Part shown: positions 10,175 through 20,794 of the stretch, one piece after another | Layout of the letters: each line of letters starts with the position of its first letter | Numbering within the stretch: the first letter of the stretch is position 1 | NCBI GenBank assembly: GCA_043820105.1 | Contig: JBDREC010000030.1 | Location: forward strand, 2,888 to 66,887 | Source of the DNA: Pseudomonadota bacterium | Lineage (GTDB): Bacteria > Bdellovibrionota_F > JAHFAK01 > JBDREC01 | Direction of reading: 5' to 3' | DNA: 64,000 bases | The notes under the pieces: generated by a model | Database searches by the model: none | Told to the model about the DNA's origin: nothing | Seen by the model: only the letters and a program-made list of their open reading frames with translations | Translations under genes and position numbers: made by a program

Positions 10175-11248
10175 ATGTGCTTTATAAATAAATATAAAGG
10201 AATAGCGATAGTGATTTTTTCAATGCTATTATCTTTTGATGCTCACTCATGGACAAGGCATGATGGGATTACATACCTATGCATTAAAGATCTTGAGGGA
10301 TTAAATAATTATTCTCAAATTAAAGTCGAAAAAATAGAGGAATTTATTAAAAAAGCTTTTTCTGATTCTTATAGATTCCAAGATTTTGTTAGAGAATTTG
10401 ATTTTAATGAGGAAATGAAGCTTAGCTATCTTGAAAAAAAAGATGTGGCTAGCGCTTTAGATATAATTTCTCTTTATTCAGCGGAACCAGATTCTAACAT
10501 GGATCTTAATCTCAAACATCCAGATCAAATATATATGGGGGGTAGCATAGGTGATACTGCTAAAGGGTTTAGACATCTTTATTTTAAAACATTTAATCCC
10601 TTTGATTTTAGAGCAAGTTTCCATGTGCCATTTCGAGAATTGGGAATGTTACCAGAAAGAGCCCAGGTTTGCAATGATTTGAGTCAGCTTGCTTTCAAGG
10701 CGGGTTCTGATTACTGGGGTTTTAGATTCTTAGCCTGGTCACTTCATTATTTGCAAGATATTACAAATCCTTTGCATTCAACTCAAATACCTACATTTAA
10801 AATGGCACCTGTAAAAGCTGTTTTAGGTGGATTTAAAAATTTAATTAGAAGATCATCGCAAGTTATTGCAAATTACCATTATTTGTATGAAGATTTAATT
10901 TTTGAGCTTTTAACTAAAGATAAAAAAGATTATTTAATTACAGTATTGCAAGGTGATTCGTTTGAAGATTTTAAAAACATCAGTGTGTATTTGAAAGCAA
11001 AAGCTATTGTCTCATCTAAACAAGCTTATGATCTTGGGAATAGTATTGTTGAATTTTTCGGCAAAGAATATTTTGAAGAGGGCATTGACGTACCCAATAA
11101 TCCAAAAGCTTATCCCATAAATGAATATCTCAATAATGTAAATCCTGACTCTCAACTTATCAAAGTCAGCCAAGAGTGTTTAAGACAATGCGGGCTTGTT
11201 ACGCGTTCTCTTGTCAAAAAAGCAATAGACGAAATAAATTCTAAATAA
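10175..11248 (+). CDS. Hypothetical protein, possible zinc-dependent phospholipase C or P1-nuclease-like (weak)
   Basis: 357-aa ORF. The H-rich segment AWSLHYLQDITNPLHSTQ resembles metal-binding motifs of that fold. Start uncertain (an alternative GTG/ATG lies about 40 nt downstream). Confidence 0.4.
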   Translation: MCFINKYKGIAIVIFSMLLSFDAHSWTRHDGITYLCIKDLEGLNNYSQIKVEKIEEFIKKAFSDSYRFQDFVREFDFNEEMKLSYLEKKDVASALDIISLYSAEPDSNMDLNLKHPDQIYMGGSIGDTAKGFRHLYFKTFNPFDFRASFHVPFRELGMLPERAQVCNDLSQLAFKAGSDYWGFRFLAWSLHYLQDITNPLHSTQIPTFKMAPVKAVLGGFKNLIRRSSQVIANYHYLYEDLIFELLTKDKKDYLITVLQGDSFEDFKNISVYLKAKAIVSSKQAYDLGNSIVEFFGKEYFEEGIDVPNNPKAYPINEYLNNVNPDSQLIKVSQECLRQCGLVTRSLVKKAIDEINSK

Positions 11249-11262
11249 AACAAATTATTCCT

Positions 11263-12303
11263 TCATACGCATGAACGTTTAGAAATTTTGTTTTTATGTT
11301 TTCTAATGAAAATTAAGATTCCAATAATTAAAAAAAGAATAAAAAATGATATGACAATCCAATTTATAATATACTTAGACCCTTTTTTAAACATTACATC
11401 TTTTATATTATATTCTTCTAAGGCTGATTCTGAGTCCTTTCTATAGCGGACTTTTATATTATCGATTTTGCTAATTTTGGAGTTTTCAGCTTGCTGAATA
11501 TCAATTCTATATAAAATATGATGAATGAGATTATTATCTTTTGTAAGCACTTCATCAAGCCGTTGGATTTTATGGCTCTTTATTCCTGTTTGCTCACCAA
11601 GATGGGGTTCTCCAATAAAAAAATCTTCATTGGGATTAGTAACATAAAAATTTATTTCTATTGCCATCTTTTCTTCATCATAAACAAGCTCAGAAGTTAT
11701 GTTTACAGTTGTTTCCTTTTTTTCAGAGTCTTTTACTGTTTCTTCTTCATCAAGTAGAGCATCAAGAAGCTTGTAGGCATCATTTGATTCCCAGCCAAGA
11801 GCTCCTTGTATACTTGCAAGTATTTTTCCATTTTTAGATATTAGAAATGTTGTAGGAAAGGCTTGAACAGAATATGACCTGGTATTTTGCCCTTCAGGAT
11901 CCAGCAACATTAGAAATGGATAATTTTCATTCTTAGCAAGTGGTGCAACCTGTATAGCACCTCCAGAGTCAACAGAAACTGCAATGATTTTTAAATCTTT
12001 GCTTTCATATTTAGAATGTAAGGCTTTATATGAGTTAAGTTCACGTCTGCAGTATCCACACCATGTTGCCCAAAAGGTCAGAATTATTACATTACCAAAA
12101 TATGAGCTTAATTTATGTGTTTTATTTGTTAAGTCAGGAAGCTCGAAATCACTTGCGTCTTTATCTGTAGCTTCTTCATTTATATTAAGTTTTTTAAAAA
12201 GTTGGCTAATATCATTGTCAATTGCAAAGATATTGAGTCCAAAAGCGAGTATAAGCGTTAAGGAAATGATAATTTGTGTAAATACTTTTGTAAAACATTT
12301 CAT
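11263..12303 (-). CDS. TlpA/ResA-like thiol:disulfide oxidoreductase (thioredoxin fold) with C-terminal membrane anchor
   Basis: N-terminal signal/TM, a CxxC active site WCGYC in the context ILTFWATWCGYCRRE, and a C-terminal hydrophobic helix. Confidence 0.75.
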   Translation of the reverse strand: MKCFTKVFTQIIISLTLILAFGLNIFAIDNDISQLFKKLNINEEATDKDASDFELPDLTNKTHKLSSYFGNVIILTFWATWCGYCRRELNSYKALHSKYESKDLKIIAVSVDSGGAIQVAPLAKNENYPFLMLLDPEGQNTRSYSVQAFPTTFLISKNGKILASIQGALGWESNDAYKLLDALLDEEETVKDSEKKETTVNITSELVYDEEKMAIEINFYVTNPNEDFFIGEPHLGEQTGIKSHKIQRLDEVLTKDNNLIHHILYRIDIQQAENSKISKIDNIKVRYRKDSESALEEYNIKDVMFKKGSKYIINWIVISFFILFLIIGILIFIRKHKNKISKRSCV

Positions 12304-12327
12304 AAAAATTAACCTTCAGATTGATCT

Positions 12328-13011
12328 TTAATTTTTTACTTTTATATATGGGAAATCGTTCATAACTTTAGAAACACCTAATCTCATAAGCTCATCAGAA
12401 CTTAACCATTTGCCATTTGTGACAAAATACTGTTTTATTTGACTAAGATCTTCATTTAGAGGTTTTTGTTTTTCTCTATAATACCCTTTCCATATTACAG
12501 TGTCAGATAAAACATCAATTAATTCTGCTGCAAATGCAACTGAAGCTGGTTTGTCAACAGCATATGAGGTGCCAAGTCTATCTTCGTATTGAATTAGGGT
12601 GGCAACCAGATAGGCATCAATTTCATTTTTTGCCAATATTTTTTTGCAGATCTCTTTATTTGAGTGAATTTGATTTAGTTCTAATCTTGGCACTATATTC
12701 ATAAGTGCAAAAGGTGATAAAACCTTTGCTTCTGATTTAGATAAAATGGCATTGTATAATAAATTAGAAAGCTTTAACTCACTGTTTTTTTCAACAAGAC
12801 CTCCGTCACTACCATTTTTACTTATTTCAAAAATTGTTTGTGTTTTTTTATCATGCATCATTGCTTGCTTTGAAACTGGAAATACTGCAATTTTATTGTA
12901 AAATACAGTGTTTGCGGAAGTTGAATTTATATTTTTTGAAGAGCATGAAAAAAAACTTAATAATAAAGGAAAAGTGACAAAAAAAATCAATTTCTTATTT
13001 AATTCTTTCAA
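12328..13011 (-). CDS. Lipoprotein, hypothetical
   Basis: Signal peptide with lipobox LLSFFSCSS. Overlaps the murA stop by 17 nt, so the two are co-oriented and probably co-transcribed. Confidence 0.55.
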   Translation of the reverse strand: MKELNKKLIFFVTFPLLLSFFSCSSKNINSTSANTVFYNKIAVFPVSKQAMMHDKKTQTIFEISKNGSDGGLVEKNSELKLSNLLYNAILSKSEAKVLSPFALMNIVPRLELNQIHSNKEICKKILAKNEIDAYLVATLIQYEDRLGTSYAVDKPASVAFAAELIDVLSDTVIWKGYYREKQKPLNEDLSQIKQYFVTNGKWLSSDELMRLGVSKVMNDFPYIKVKN

Positions 13012-14245
13012 TTAAAGCTCCAAGATTTCTAAGTTTTTCATCTATATTTTCATAGCCTCTGTCAAGGTGATAAACGCGAGATATCTCTGTATAACCTTGG
13101 GCTGCCAATGCTGCAATTACTAAAGAAGCTGAAGCCCTCAAATCAGTAGCCATAACATTAGCTCCTGACAAGTGTTTCCTGCCTTCAATTATTGCACAAT
13201 TACCATGAAGATCAATTTTTGCCCCCATTCTAGCTAATTCAGATGTGTGCATAAATCTATTTTCAAATATATTTTCAACAATTGTACTTTGACCATCAGC
13301 AACAGTAAGTAAGGCAGTGAATTGAGCTTGCATATCAGTAGGAAAGCCAGGATAGGGCTTTGTTTCAATCTTTGTGCCTTTTATTTTCCCATTTGAAAGT
13401 ACTTCAATTGAATCTTCATTTATTTTTAAATTTACTCCAATTTCTTTATACTTGTGCAATACAGCTTTTAAGTGTGCAGGATTGCAGTTATTAATTAGTA
13501 CATTTCCATTTGTAATTGCAGCTGCCGCGATGTAGGTGCCACTTTCGATTCTATCAGGAATAACGTCCATATTACAACCTGAGAGCTTATTAACACCCTC
13601 GCAAATTAGTGAGTTAGTACCAATGCCTTTTATATTAGCTCCCATTTGAACCAGCATTTGAGCGATGAAAGTAACTTCTGGTTCACAAGCAGCGTTATCA
13701 ATAGTTGTTATTCCATTTGCAATGCTTGCTGCCATTAAAATATTAATTGTTCCGGTTACAGTTACTTTGGGGAAATGTATGTTTGCACCTTTTAAGTTTT
13801 CAGCGTTTACAACTATGTAACCATGCTTTTGCTGTATCTTTGCACCAAGCTTTTCAAGAGCCATGATATGTAGATCTACAGGCCTTTTACCGATTGCACA
13901 ACCGCCTGGTAAAGATATTTTTACTGATCCAAACCTAGCAGCAAGTGGACCTAAAATAACAATTGATGCTCGCATTTTTCGCACCATTTCATATTCAGCG
14001 CAAGTGTTAGTTATTTCATCAGCTTTTAAAATAACTTCATTGTTTTTTAATTGGACTTTTACCCCAAGGTTTTCAAGAATTTTAATAAAAAATTTAGTAT
14101 CACCTAAGATTGGAAAATTGCTAAGTGAAACTTCTTGGTCTGTTAGCAATGAACATGCAAGAGCAGGAAGGGCCGCATTTTTAGCCCCACTAATAGTAAC
14201 TTCGCCCTCAAGTTTTTTACCACCCTCAATGATTAATCTATCCAA
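12995..14245 (-). CDS. murA: UDP-N-acetylglucosamine 1-carboxyvinyltransferase
   Basis: Full-length match to the MurA pattern, including the catalytic Cys loop LPGGCAIGKRPVDLH. Confidence 0.9.
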   Translation of the reverse strand: MDRLIIEGGKKLEGEVTISGAKNAALPALACSLLTDQEVSLSNFPILGDTKFFIKILENLGVKVQLKNNEVILKADEITNTCAEYEMVRKMRASIVILGPLAARFGSVKISLPGGCAIGKRPVDLHIMALEKLGAKIQQKHGYIVVNAENLKGANIHFPKVTVTGTINILMAASIANGITTIDNAACEPEVTFIAQMLVQMGANIKGIGTNSLICEGVNKLSGCNMDVIPDRIESGTYIAAAAITNGNVLINNCNPAHLKAVLHKYKEIGVNLKINEDSIEVLSNGKIKGTKIETKPYPGFPTDMQAQFTALLTVADGQSTIVENIFENRFMHTSELARMGAKIDLHGNCAIIEGRKHLSGANVMATDLRASASLVIAALAAQGYTEISRVYHLDRGYENIDEKLRNLGALIERIK

Positions 14246-14266
14246 CTATAATTCCTTAATTTTAAT

Positions 14267-14303
14267 AAATTCAAAACCCAAAATTCAAAATTCAAAATTA
14301 ATC
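14267..14303. repeat. Heptamer array (AAAATTC)x4 in the murA-prmC spacer
   Basis: AATTCAAAACCCAAAATTCAAAATTCAAAATTAATCCC. Confidence 0.85.
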
Positions 14304-14305
14304 CC

Positions 14306-15322
14306 TCATTTCTTAATAAAGCTAACAATCCTTGGTGTTCCAGAAAGATCATTATAGAAATTAAAATCAATATAGTGTCCAAGATCTAGTACTATCTTCA
14401 TAACTGAGCTTAATTGCTCATCTCCAATTTCCATTAATATTTCACCCTGAGGTTTTAAATAAATCCAAGCATTTTCTACAATTTTCCTGATATGCTTTAA
14501 ACCATCTTCACCACCATCAAGAGCATTTATAGGTTCATATTTTATAACATTGTCATCAAGGTTTTTTAAATCTTTGCAGTCAATATAAGGAGGATTTGTA
14601 ACGATTAAATCAAAGCTTTCTGGCTTCATGTGGTCAAAATATTCACCCTTAATTAAAGTAATATAATTATTAAGATCATGCATATATATATTTTGGAAAG
14701 CTATTTCTAAAGCTTTGTTGGAATTATCAAGTGCATAAATATTTACAGTCTCTTGTTTAAGTTCACTTGCTAAAGCAATAGCAATGGCACCAGAACCTGT
14801 GCCAATATCAGCTATATTAATTTGATTTCTATCAATATAGAAGTCCTGTGAACTTAAAAACTTGGAAATGCCTTTATTTTCAGTTTCATTATGTATAGAT
14901 TCACGCTGATTTTTTCTTTGAATTTTTGTAATTGCAATCTCAACTAATTGTTCTGTTTCTGGTCTTGGAATTAAAACACTATCATTTACCATGAACTCAA
15001 GAGACCAGAACTCTTTTTTGCCTGTAATATAGGAAACAGGTTCTTTTTTATTTCTTCGTTCCATGAATTTTTCAAATACCTTAATCTTATCTGTTTCAAC
15101 TTTATCATTAGGATGAGTATAGAGATATTCTCTGCCTCTGTTGTTGTTTATAACATGCAATAATATGACTTCTGTATCTAGTTTTGGGGTAGAGACTGAG
15201 TCCTTAAGTAAGGTAGTTCCGTAATTTATAAGAGAATTAATTGAACTTATAGTGTTAATCTCTGTAGTTTCTGTAATTTTTCTTTGGGGTATCATAAGTT
15301 TTTCTCCCAAATTAAAGTTCAA
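14306..15322 (-). CDS. prmC: Release factor glutamine N5-methyltransferase
   Basis: NPPY motif (VTNPPYI) and SAM-binding DIGTGSGAIA. Sits immediately downstream of prfA as in the conserved operon. Confidence 0.85.
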   Translation of the reverse strand: MNFNLGEKLMIPQRKITETTEINTISSINSLINYGTTLLKDSVSTPKLDTEVILLHVINNNRGREYLYTHPNDKVETDKIKVFEKFMERRNKKEPVSYITGKKEFWSLEFMVNDSVLIPRPETEQLVEIAITKIQRKNQRESIHNETENKGISKFLSSQDFYIDRNQINIADIGTGSGAIAIALASELKQETVNIYALDNSNKALEIAFQNIYMHDLNNYITLIKGEYFDHMKPESFDLIVTNPPYIDCKDLKNLDDNVIKYEPINALDGGEDGLKHIRKIVENAWIYLKPQGEILMEIGDEQLSSVMKIVLDLGHYIDFNFYNDLSGTPRIVSFIKK

Positions 15323-15328
15323 ATAAAA

Positions 15329-16387
15329 TTATTGTGCCCTTAAAGCCTCTGTTTGAAAGTGATTTTGTAAGGATCTAACTGTTTCTTCAAGATCACCTTC
15401 CATAATTAAATCTAATTTATATAAAGTCAGACCAATTCGGTGGTCTGTCATTCTGCCTTGTGGAAAATTATATGTTCTAATGCGCTCTGACCTATCACCA
15501 GATCCAACCATTGCTCTTCTGGTTTCAGAAATTTCTGATGCCTGTTTTTCTCTTTCCATGTCTAGTATTCTAGCCTTTAAAATTTTTAAAGCTTTTGCTT
15601 TATTTTTGTGCTGCGATTTTTCATCTTGCATTGCAACAGTTATTCCTGTTGGAAGATGAGTGATTCTAACAGCTGAATCAGTCGTATTAACAGACTGACC
15701 TCCAGGACCTGAAGATCTATAAACATCTATTCGAAGATCTTTTTCTTCAAATTTCACATCAACATCTTCTGCTTCAGGTAAAACTGCAACAGTAACGGCT
15801 GAAGTATGAATTCTTCCTTGTGTTTCTGTGTCTGGAACACGTTGAACTCTGTGAACACCACCTTCGTACTTTAGGCTACCAAAAACATTTTTGCCGCTAA
15901 TGGAGGCTATAATTTCTTTAAATCCTCCAATTCCAATTGAGTTAGAGCTAATTACTTCAACCTTCCAGTTAGAAATCTCAGCAAATTTTGAATACATTCT
16001 AAATAAATTAGCAGCAAATAAAGCAGCTTCATCACCACCTGTTCCCGCTCTAATCTCAAGAATTATATTCTTTCCATCATATGGATCTTTAGGGATAAGC
16101 AAAGTTTTTAACTTTTCAATTAAGGTAACTTCTTGTGGTTCCAGTTGATCGAGCTCTTCTTCTGCCATTTCACCAAGCTCTCCGCCTTCTGCTATGAGCT
16201 CTTTATTGCCTTGAATTTCAGAATTTATTTTCTTCCATTGGTCATAAACCACCATCAGATCTTCAAGATCAGAACGTTCCTTGGCTATTTTTTGAAAGTT
16301 CTTTTGGTCTTTTATTGTATCAGGATTAATTAGTTTTTGTTCAAGTTCCTGATAATGCTTTTGTATTTCAATCAATTTTTTGAACAT
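15329..16387 (-). CDS. prfA: Peptide chain release factor 1
   Basis: GGQ motif ([21 protein letters not shown]) and the RF1-type tripeptide region [16 protein letters not shown]. The start is taken at the internal Met (MFKKLIEIQ), not the ORF-track start at 16450. Confidence 0.85.
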   Translation of the reverse strand: MFKKLIEIQKHYQELEQKLINPDTIKDQKNFQKIAKERSDLEDLMVVYDQWKKINSEIQGNKELIAEGGELGEMAEEELDQLEPQEVTLIEKLKTLLIPKDPYDGKNIILEIRAGTGGDEAALFAANLFRMYSKFAEISNWKVEVISSNSIGIGGFKEIIASISGKNVFGSLKYEGGVHRVQRVPDTETQGRIHTSAVTVAVLPEAEDVDVKFEEKDLRIDVYRSSGPGGQSVNTTDSAVRITHLPTGITVAMQDEKSQHKNKAKALKILKARILDMEREKQASEISETRRAMVGSGDRSERIRTYNFPQGRMTDHRIGLTLYKLDLIMEGDLEETVRSLQNHFQTEALRAQ

Positions 16388-17408
16388 TAGGATCGAGCTC
16401 CTTAAACCTATATTTTTCAGGCACATAGTTGCCCAAACTATTTTCAACATATAGAGCTGATTTTATTGATGCAATGGCAACTTCCAGCTGATCATCACTT
16501 GGTTCTTGTGTTGTAATTCTTTGCAGCCACATTCCAGGTATTACTAAGGTGTTTAGTATTTTGTTATTTGGATTATAACCTGCATATCTAATGATTTCAT
16601 ATGCAATTCCGCCAATAGGGAAAATTAATGGGATTTTAATTGAAATTATTAGTAACTTTTCTAAAAATGGATTTAAACCAGAAATTTGTGGTAAAAGTGG
16701 ATAAATAATTGAAAACACACAAATACTAATTAAAATAACCATTATTAAAAAGGAAGTACCGCATCTTGGATGAAATGTGGTGTATTTTTTAACACTTTCA
16801 ATAGTTAAATCATCATCATTTTCATAAGCAAAAATGGCCTTGTGTTCAGCTCCATGATACTCAAAAACTCTTTTTATTTCTTTATAAAGGGAGATTAAAT
16901 AAACATAAGCTAAGAAAATCAAAATCTTAATAATACCGTCAACCAAGTGAAAAATTACTGTATCAACTGTCATTCCAATATCAAAAAGATATTCAAGACC
17001 TTCAGTTAAAATGTGTGGAAGATAAACAAATAAAGCTGCACCAAAGAAAAATGCAAAAACTATTGAGCCAGCGATTGCTAAATCACTAATTGTAGTTTTT
17101 TTCTTGTCCTTTTTCATTTTATCTTTTTCTTCTTGTGGCAAGGCTTGGTTTGCAGAAAAAGCCAGAGCTTGAATTCCATTAATAAGAGATTCTAATACAA
17201 CAACAACTCCACGCAAAAATGGTTTTCTTAGAAATTTATATTTTTCCCATAAAGAACGCCATCTTGTTTCTTTAAGAATTATTTGACCTTCAGGAGTTCT
17301 AACTGATATTGCCATTGAATTTGGAGAGCGCATCATTACGCCTTCAATAACTGCTTGTCCTCCTAGGTTGGGTCTTTCATCCTTTTTCTTTTTATTTTTG
17401 CAGCCCAT
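16368..17408 (-). CDS. DUF1385-family membrane-associated protein (YqhQ-like)
   Basis: Signature [14 protein letters not shown] near the N-terminus. Conserved position between rpmE and prfA. Confidence 0.75.
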   Translation of the reverse strand: MGCKNKKKKDERPNLGGQAVIEGVMMRSPNSMAISVRTPEGQIILKETRWRSLWEKYKFLRKPFLRGVVVVLESLINGIQALAFSANQALPQEEKDKMKKDKKKTTISDLAIAGSIVFAFFFGAALFVYLPHILTEGLEYLFDIGMTVDTVIFHLVDGIIKILIFLAYVYLISLYKEIKRVFEYHGAEHKAIFAYENDDDLTIESVKKYTTFHPRCGTSFLIMVILISICVFSIIYPLLPQISGLNPFLEKLLIISIKIPLIFPIGGIAYEIIRYAGYNPNNKILNTLVIPGMWLQRITTQEPSDDQLEVAIASIKSALYVENSLGNYVPEKYRFKELDPNVQKID

Positions 17409-17617
17409 TATTTAGCTTTGTTCTTTGAATATTTTCTATTGAATTGCTCAATTCTTCCGGCTGAATCCATTATTTTTTCTTGTCCTGTATAAAATGGATG
17501 ACAATTTGAACAAATTTCTATGCTAAATGATCCTTTTGTAGACTTTGTTTCAATAGTATTTCCGCAAGCACATTTGATTGAAGCTTCAGGATACTTAGGG
17601 TGAATCTTATCTTTCAT
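17408..17617 (-). CDS. rpmE: 50S ribosomal protein L31 (zinc-ribbon type A)
   Basis: 69 aa starting MKDKIHPKY, with the Cys pairs CACG and [11 protein letters not shown]. Confidence 0.9.
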   Translation of the reverse strand: MKDKIHPKYPEASIKCACGNTIETKSTKGSFSIEICSNCHPFYTGQEKIMDSAGRIEQFNRKYSKNKAK

Positions 17618-17745
17618 TTTATCAAATCCTTTGTTTAATTTAAATTGCGTGCGAATCTTTAATAAAAAACTTATTAAATTACAAGTTAAAAGTTCAATAT
17701 ATTGATTAAATTAATTTCAAATTCTAATAATATTGCCTTTTTTTT

Positions 17746-17775
17746 GTATTTGGTATTTAGTATTTGGTATTTGAC
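17746..17775. repeat. Heptamer array (TATTTGG)x4 in the rpmE / FAD-oxidase divergent spacer
   Basis: GTATTTGGTATTTAGTATTTGGTATTTGAC. Confidence 0.85.
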
Positions 17776-19434
17776 AAGATTTTTATGGAGGAATTAGTGT
17801 CAACAAACAATAAAAAAAAGTACTATGGATGGGGTGATATTAATGTTAAATATCCGCTGGATAATAAGTTTTTAGCCTATCTTAATAAAGAACTAAATAT
17901 GAAAAAAGCGAAAGCTTTTGGCACTTGTGATTTAAAAGAAATCAAAATTCATGATTCCAAGATCAGCACTGCTGTTAAAAATGAATTTATAGACATTGTT
18001 GGTGCTGAATTTGTTGCTGATGACCAAGAAACTCGTATATTAAACTCCTTCGGAAAATCATATAAAGACCTAATTAGAATTAGAAAGGGAGCATTAGGCT
18101 TAGCTTGCGATATTGTTATATATCCTAAAAGTACTGAAGAGACTTTAAAAATAGTACAAAAAGCATATGAAAATAATTTAAACATAATTACAAGAGGAGG
18201 TGGTTCATCTGTTTTATCAGGTGTTAATCCAATTATTTCCCCAACTATTATTTTAAACCTGGACTATCTTGATAGAATATTAGAAATTGATAAACACTCC
18301 CAGGTTGTTAGAGCATATGCAGGAATTTTGGGACCAATGCTTGAGGAAGAGTTAAATGCTGAAGGATATACTTTAGGGCATTTCCCACAGTCGTTTGAGT
18401 ATTCAAGTCTTGGTGGTTGGATTGCAAGCAAAAGTGCTGGTCAATTCTCAAGTTTTTATGGAAATATTGAAGATCTTGTTTCATCTTTAAAAGTTGTTAA
18501 CCCTATGGGTGTTTTTGAATCAAAACAAATTCCATCATCAGCAGCTGGTCCATGTTTAAAAGACCTTTTCATTGGATCTGAAGGGGCCTTTGGTGTTATA
18601 ACTGAAGCTACTATGAAAATTAGAAAACTGCCTGAAAAAATGGATTTTTCCGGCGTTTATTTTTCAACTTTTGAGGCAGGAATAAATGCATCTAGAGAAA
18701 TGTATCAAGGAGGTATAAAACCTCTATTATTAAGACTATCAGATGTTAAAGAAACTGAAGTCTTTTTTAAACTGGGATTGATTGCACATGGGATGAAAGA
18801 TTGGTTTAAGAAATCAGCAGGAAAACTATATTTCAAAGCAAAGGGATGGCATGAAGGTGAAGGAGCTATAATGATGCTTGGATTTTTATCTAATGATCCA
18901 AATAAAAAAGCAGCTTTTTCTGTTATTAAAAATTATTCAGGAATTAATCTTGGTGAAACAATTGGCAAAAATTGGTATAAAGATCGCTTTAAACATCCTT
19001 ATTTAAGGGATTCATTAATAAATAAACGCTTTTTTGTAGATACTTTTGAAACAGCTACAAATTGGAAAAATATTGATCCTCTTTATAGAAATATTGAAGA
19101 AGCTATTAATGATGAATTTTCAAAGATGGGCTTAAAATGCATTGTGCTAACTCATTTATCTCATTTATACATTGAAGGATCTTCTCTTTATTTTACAGTT
19201 TTAGCCCCTCAAATTGAAGGCCAAGAAATAAGACAATGGGAAGATGTGAAAAAAACCATAACAAATACCATCATGAAATTTGGCGGCACTCTTAGTCACC
19301 ACCATGGTGTTGGACAGGATCATATGCCGTGGATTAATGAAGAGCTGGGAGATGTAGGAATGGAAATGCTAAAAGCCCTTAAAAATACATTGGATCCAAA
19401 AGGACTTTTGAATCCTGGAGTGCTTGTAGGTTAA
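17764..19434 (+). CDS. FAD-linked oxidase, alkyldihydroxyacetonephosphate-synthase-like (GlcD/AGPS superfamily)
   Basis: N-terminal YYGWGD, an FAD-binding PCMH-type region (ITRGGGSSV), and C-terminal HHHGVG. Family-level call only. Confidence 0.65.
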   Translation: MVFDKIFMEELVSTNNKKKYYGWGDINVKYPLDNKFLAYLNKELNMKKAKAFGTCDLKEIKIHDSKISTAVKNEFIDIVGAEFVADDQETRILNSFGKSYKDLIRIRKGALGLACDIVIYPKSTEETLKIVQKAYENNLNIITRGGGSSVLSGVNPIISPTIILNLDYLDRILEIDKHSQVVRAYAGILGPMLEEELNAEGYTLGHFPQSFEYSSLGGWIASKSAGQFSSFYGNIEDLVSSLKVVNPMGVFESKQIPSSAAGPCLKDLFIGSEGAFGVITEATMKIRKLPEKMDFSGVYFSTFEAGINASREMYQGGIKPLLLRLSDVKETEVFFKLGLIAHGMKDWFKKSAGKLYFKAKGWHEGEGAIMMLGFLSNDPNKKAAFSVIKNYSGINLGETIGKNWYKDRFKHPYLRDSLINKRFFVDTFETATNWKNIDPLYRNIEEAINDEFSKMGLKCIVLTHLSHLYIEGSSLYFTVLAPQIEGQEIRQWEDVKKTITNTIMKFGGTLSHHHGVGQDHMPWINEELGDVGMEMLKALKNTLDPKGLLNPGVLVG

Positions 19435-19446
19435 TTTATACTTAAA

Positions 19447-19528
19447 AATTCAATTTCAAACTTGCAGTACAAAATTAAAACTTTTAATTGTAATTTTGAA
19501 TTTTGAATTTAAAATTTTGAATTTTTTT
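19447..19528. repeat. Heptamer arrays (TTTTGAA-type) downstream of the FAD oxidase gene
   Basis: TAATTTTGAATTTTGAATTTAAAATTTTGAATTTTTTTT, preceded by an AAAATTC-type stretch. Confidence 0.8.
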
Positions 19529-19529
19529 T

Positions 19530-19823
19530 ATGGAATGGATAAAAGAAAAGAAAAACGGTTATCTTCTGCTTTATGTAAAACTAATTCCCAATGCATCTAA
19601 AACTGAAATATCTGAGATTACAGATGAACTAATAAAAATAAAAGTAACTGAAGCACCCATTGATAATAAGGCAAATCAGGCTTTGATAAAATTTTTGGCT
19701 AAAAAATTGGGCCTTTCAAAAGGTCTTCTTAAGATAATTAAAGGTGAAAAATCTAAAGAAAAGACTATTAGAATTGAGTTTGCTACAAAAGCACAATTAT
19801 TAAAATTAATCTTAAAGACTTAG
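19530..19823 (+). CDS. DUF167 (YggU) family protein
   Basis: 97 aa with LLYVKLIPNASKTEI...APIDNKANQALIKFLAKKLG, typical of YggU. Confidence 0.7.
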   Translation: MEWIKEKKNGYLLLYVKLIPNASKTEISEITDELIKIKVTEAPIDNKANQALIKFLAKKLGLSKGLLKIIKGEKSKEKTIRIEFATKAQLLKLILKT

Positions 19824-20702
19824 TCTTGTTAACTTTCTACGACTCGTATCACCTGTATAGAGTGGATTAGAATTGTCATGGATTTGTCTTTTCTTTATGA
19901 AAGTTAGTTCGCAATGAAAATATTGATTAACTTCCCATTGGCTACATCCAAAAATATGACAATTTCCAGGATTTATTCCAGATAACCAGTTAAAATCTAG
20001 TGTTGTGTCTGAGACATGTGTCATGCATCGATCGCTAATATTACTATAGCAGGCTCTTTGAGCTTCTCTGATTTCAGCTCTTTCTATTTCCCACTCTCTT
20101 AAATAGTCATCAACATTAGGAACTTCATTATCTTCGCCAGATTCCCTGATTTCAATATTTTTAAAATTACCTAGACATTCTTTTATTTCATTGGTTTTTA
20201 ATAAATCTTTGTCTCTACGAGTTGTTCTTCTTCCTCGAAGTTGCTCTGAAATGACGATATATGGATAACCTATAGTGGGTCTCATAATTCTTAAAGATGG
20301 TTCTTCTGAATTTTCATCTATGCTAAAAGCATCTGCATATAAATCCATAGAATAGATATGAATTTTACCTTCTGTATCTTGTGTGTGAATACGGGCTGAC
20401 ATTGCATGTGGTACATCTCCCCATATTGTATCAGTATCATTGTTATAATACAAAACAAGGTCCTGGCTTTCAATTATTGTTTCACCGTCCCTGAGGTTCA
20501 ACAAGGGAAGCATTTTATTATTTAAACATGAATTTGCTTCCTGTGAAAAGGTGAATTTTTTGCCTCGAAAAGAGTCTTGAGCATAGCTTGGCTGAATGCT
20601 TAGTAAAGCCCCTAAAATAATTATATAATATTTTAATTTTATAAGCTTTTTCATTATTGCCTTTGCCATTTTACATTCCTCTACAATTAACAAAAGCAAC
20701 AA
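19812..20702 (-). CDS. Secreted Cys-containing hypothetical protein
   Basis: Signal peptide (IIILGALLSIQPSYA). Ten Cys in the mature part. No recognised domain. Confidence 0.5.
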   Translation of the reverse strand: MLLLLIVEECKMAKAIMKKLIKLKYYIIILGALLSIQPSYAQDSFRGKKFTFSQEANSCLNNKMLPLLNLRDGETIIESQDLVLYYNNDTDTIWGDVPHAMSARIHTQDTEGKIHIYSMDLYADAFSIDENSEEPSLRIMRPTIGYPYIVISEQLRGRRTTRRDKDLLKTNEIKECLGNFKNIEIRESGEDNEVPNVDDYLREWEIERAEIREAQRACYSNISDRCMTHVSDTTLDFNWLSGINPGNCHIFGCSQWEVNQYFHCELTFIKKRQIHDNSNPLYTGDTSRRKLTRLSL

Positions 20703-20794
20703 GTATGCCAGATGGCAATAATCGAAATTAACAAATTAATTCGTAGTCTTATCTAATGGCTTGCAGAATTTTATGTTAAAATTGCTTAATAATA

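Noticed and set aside
13863-14357. 164-aa plus-strand ORF.
   Set aside because: Antisense to the well-supported murA gene. No motif or RBS.
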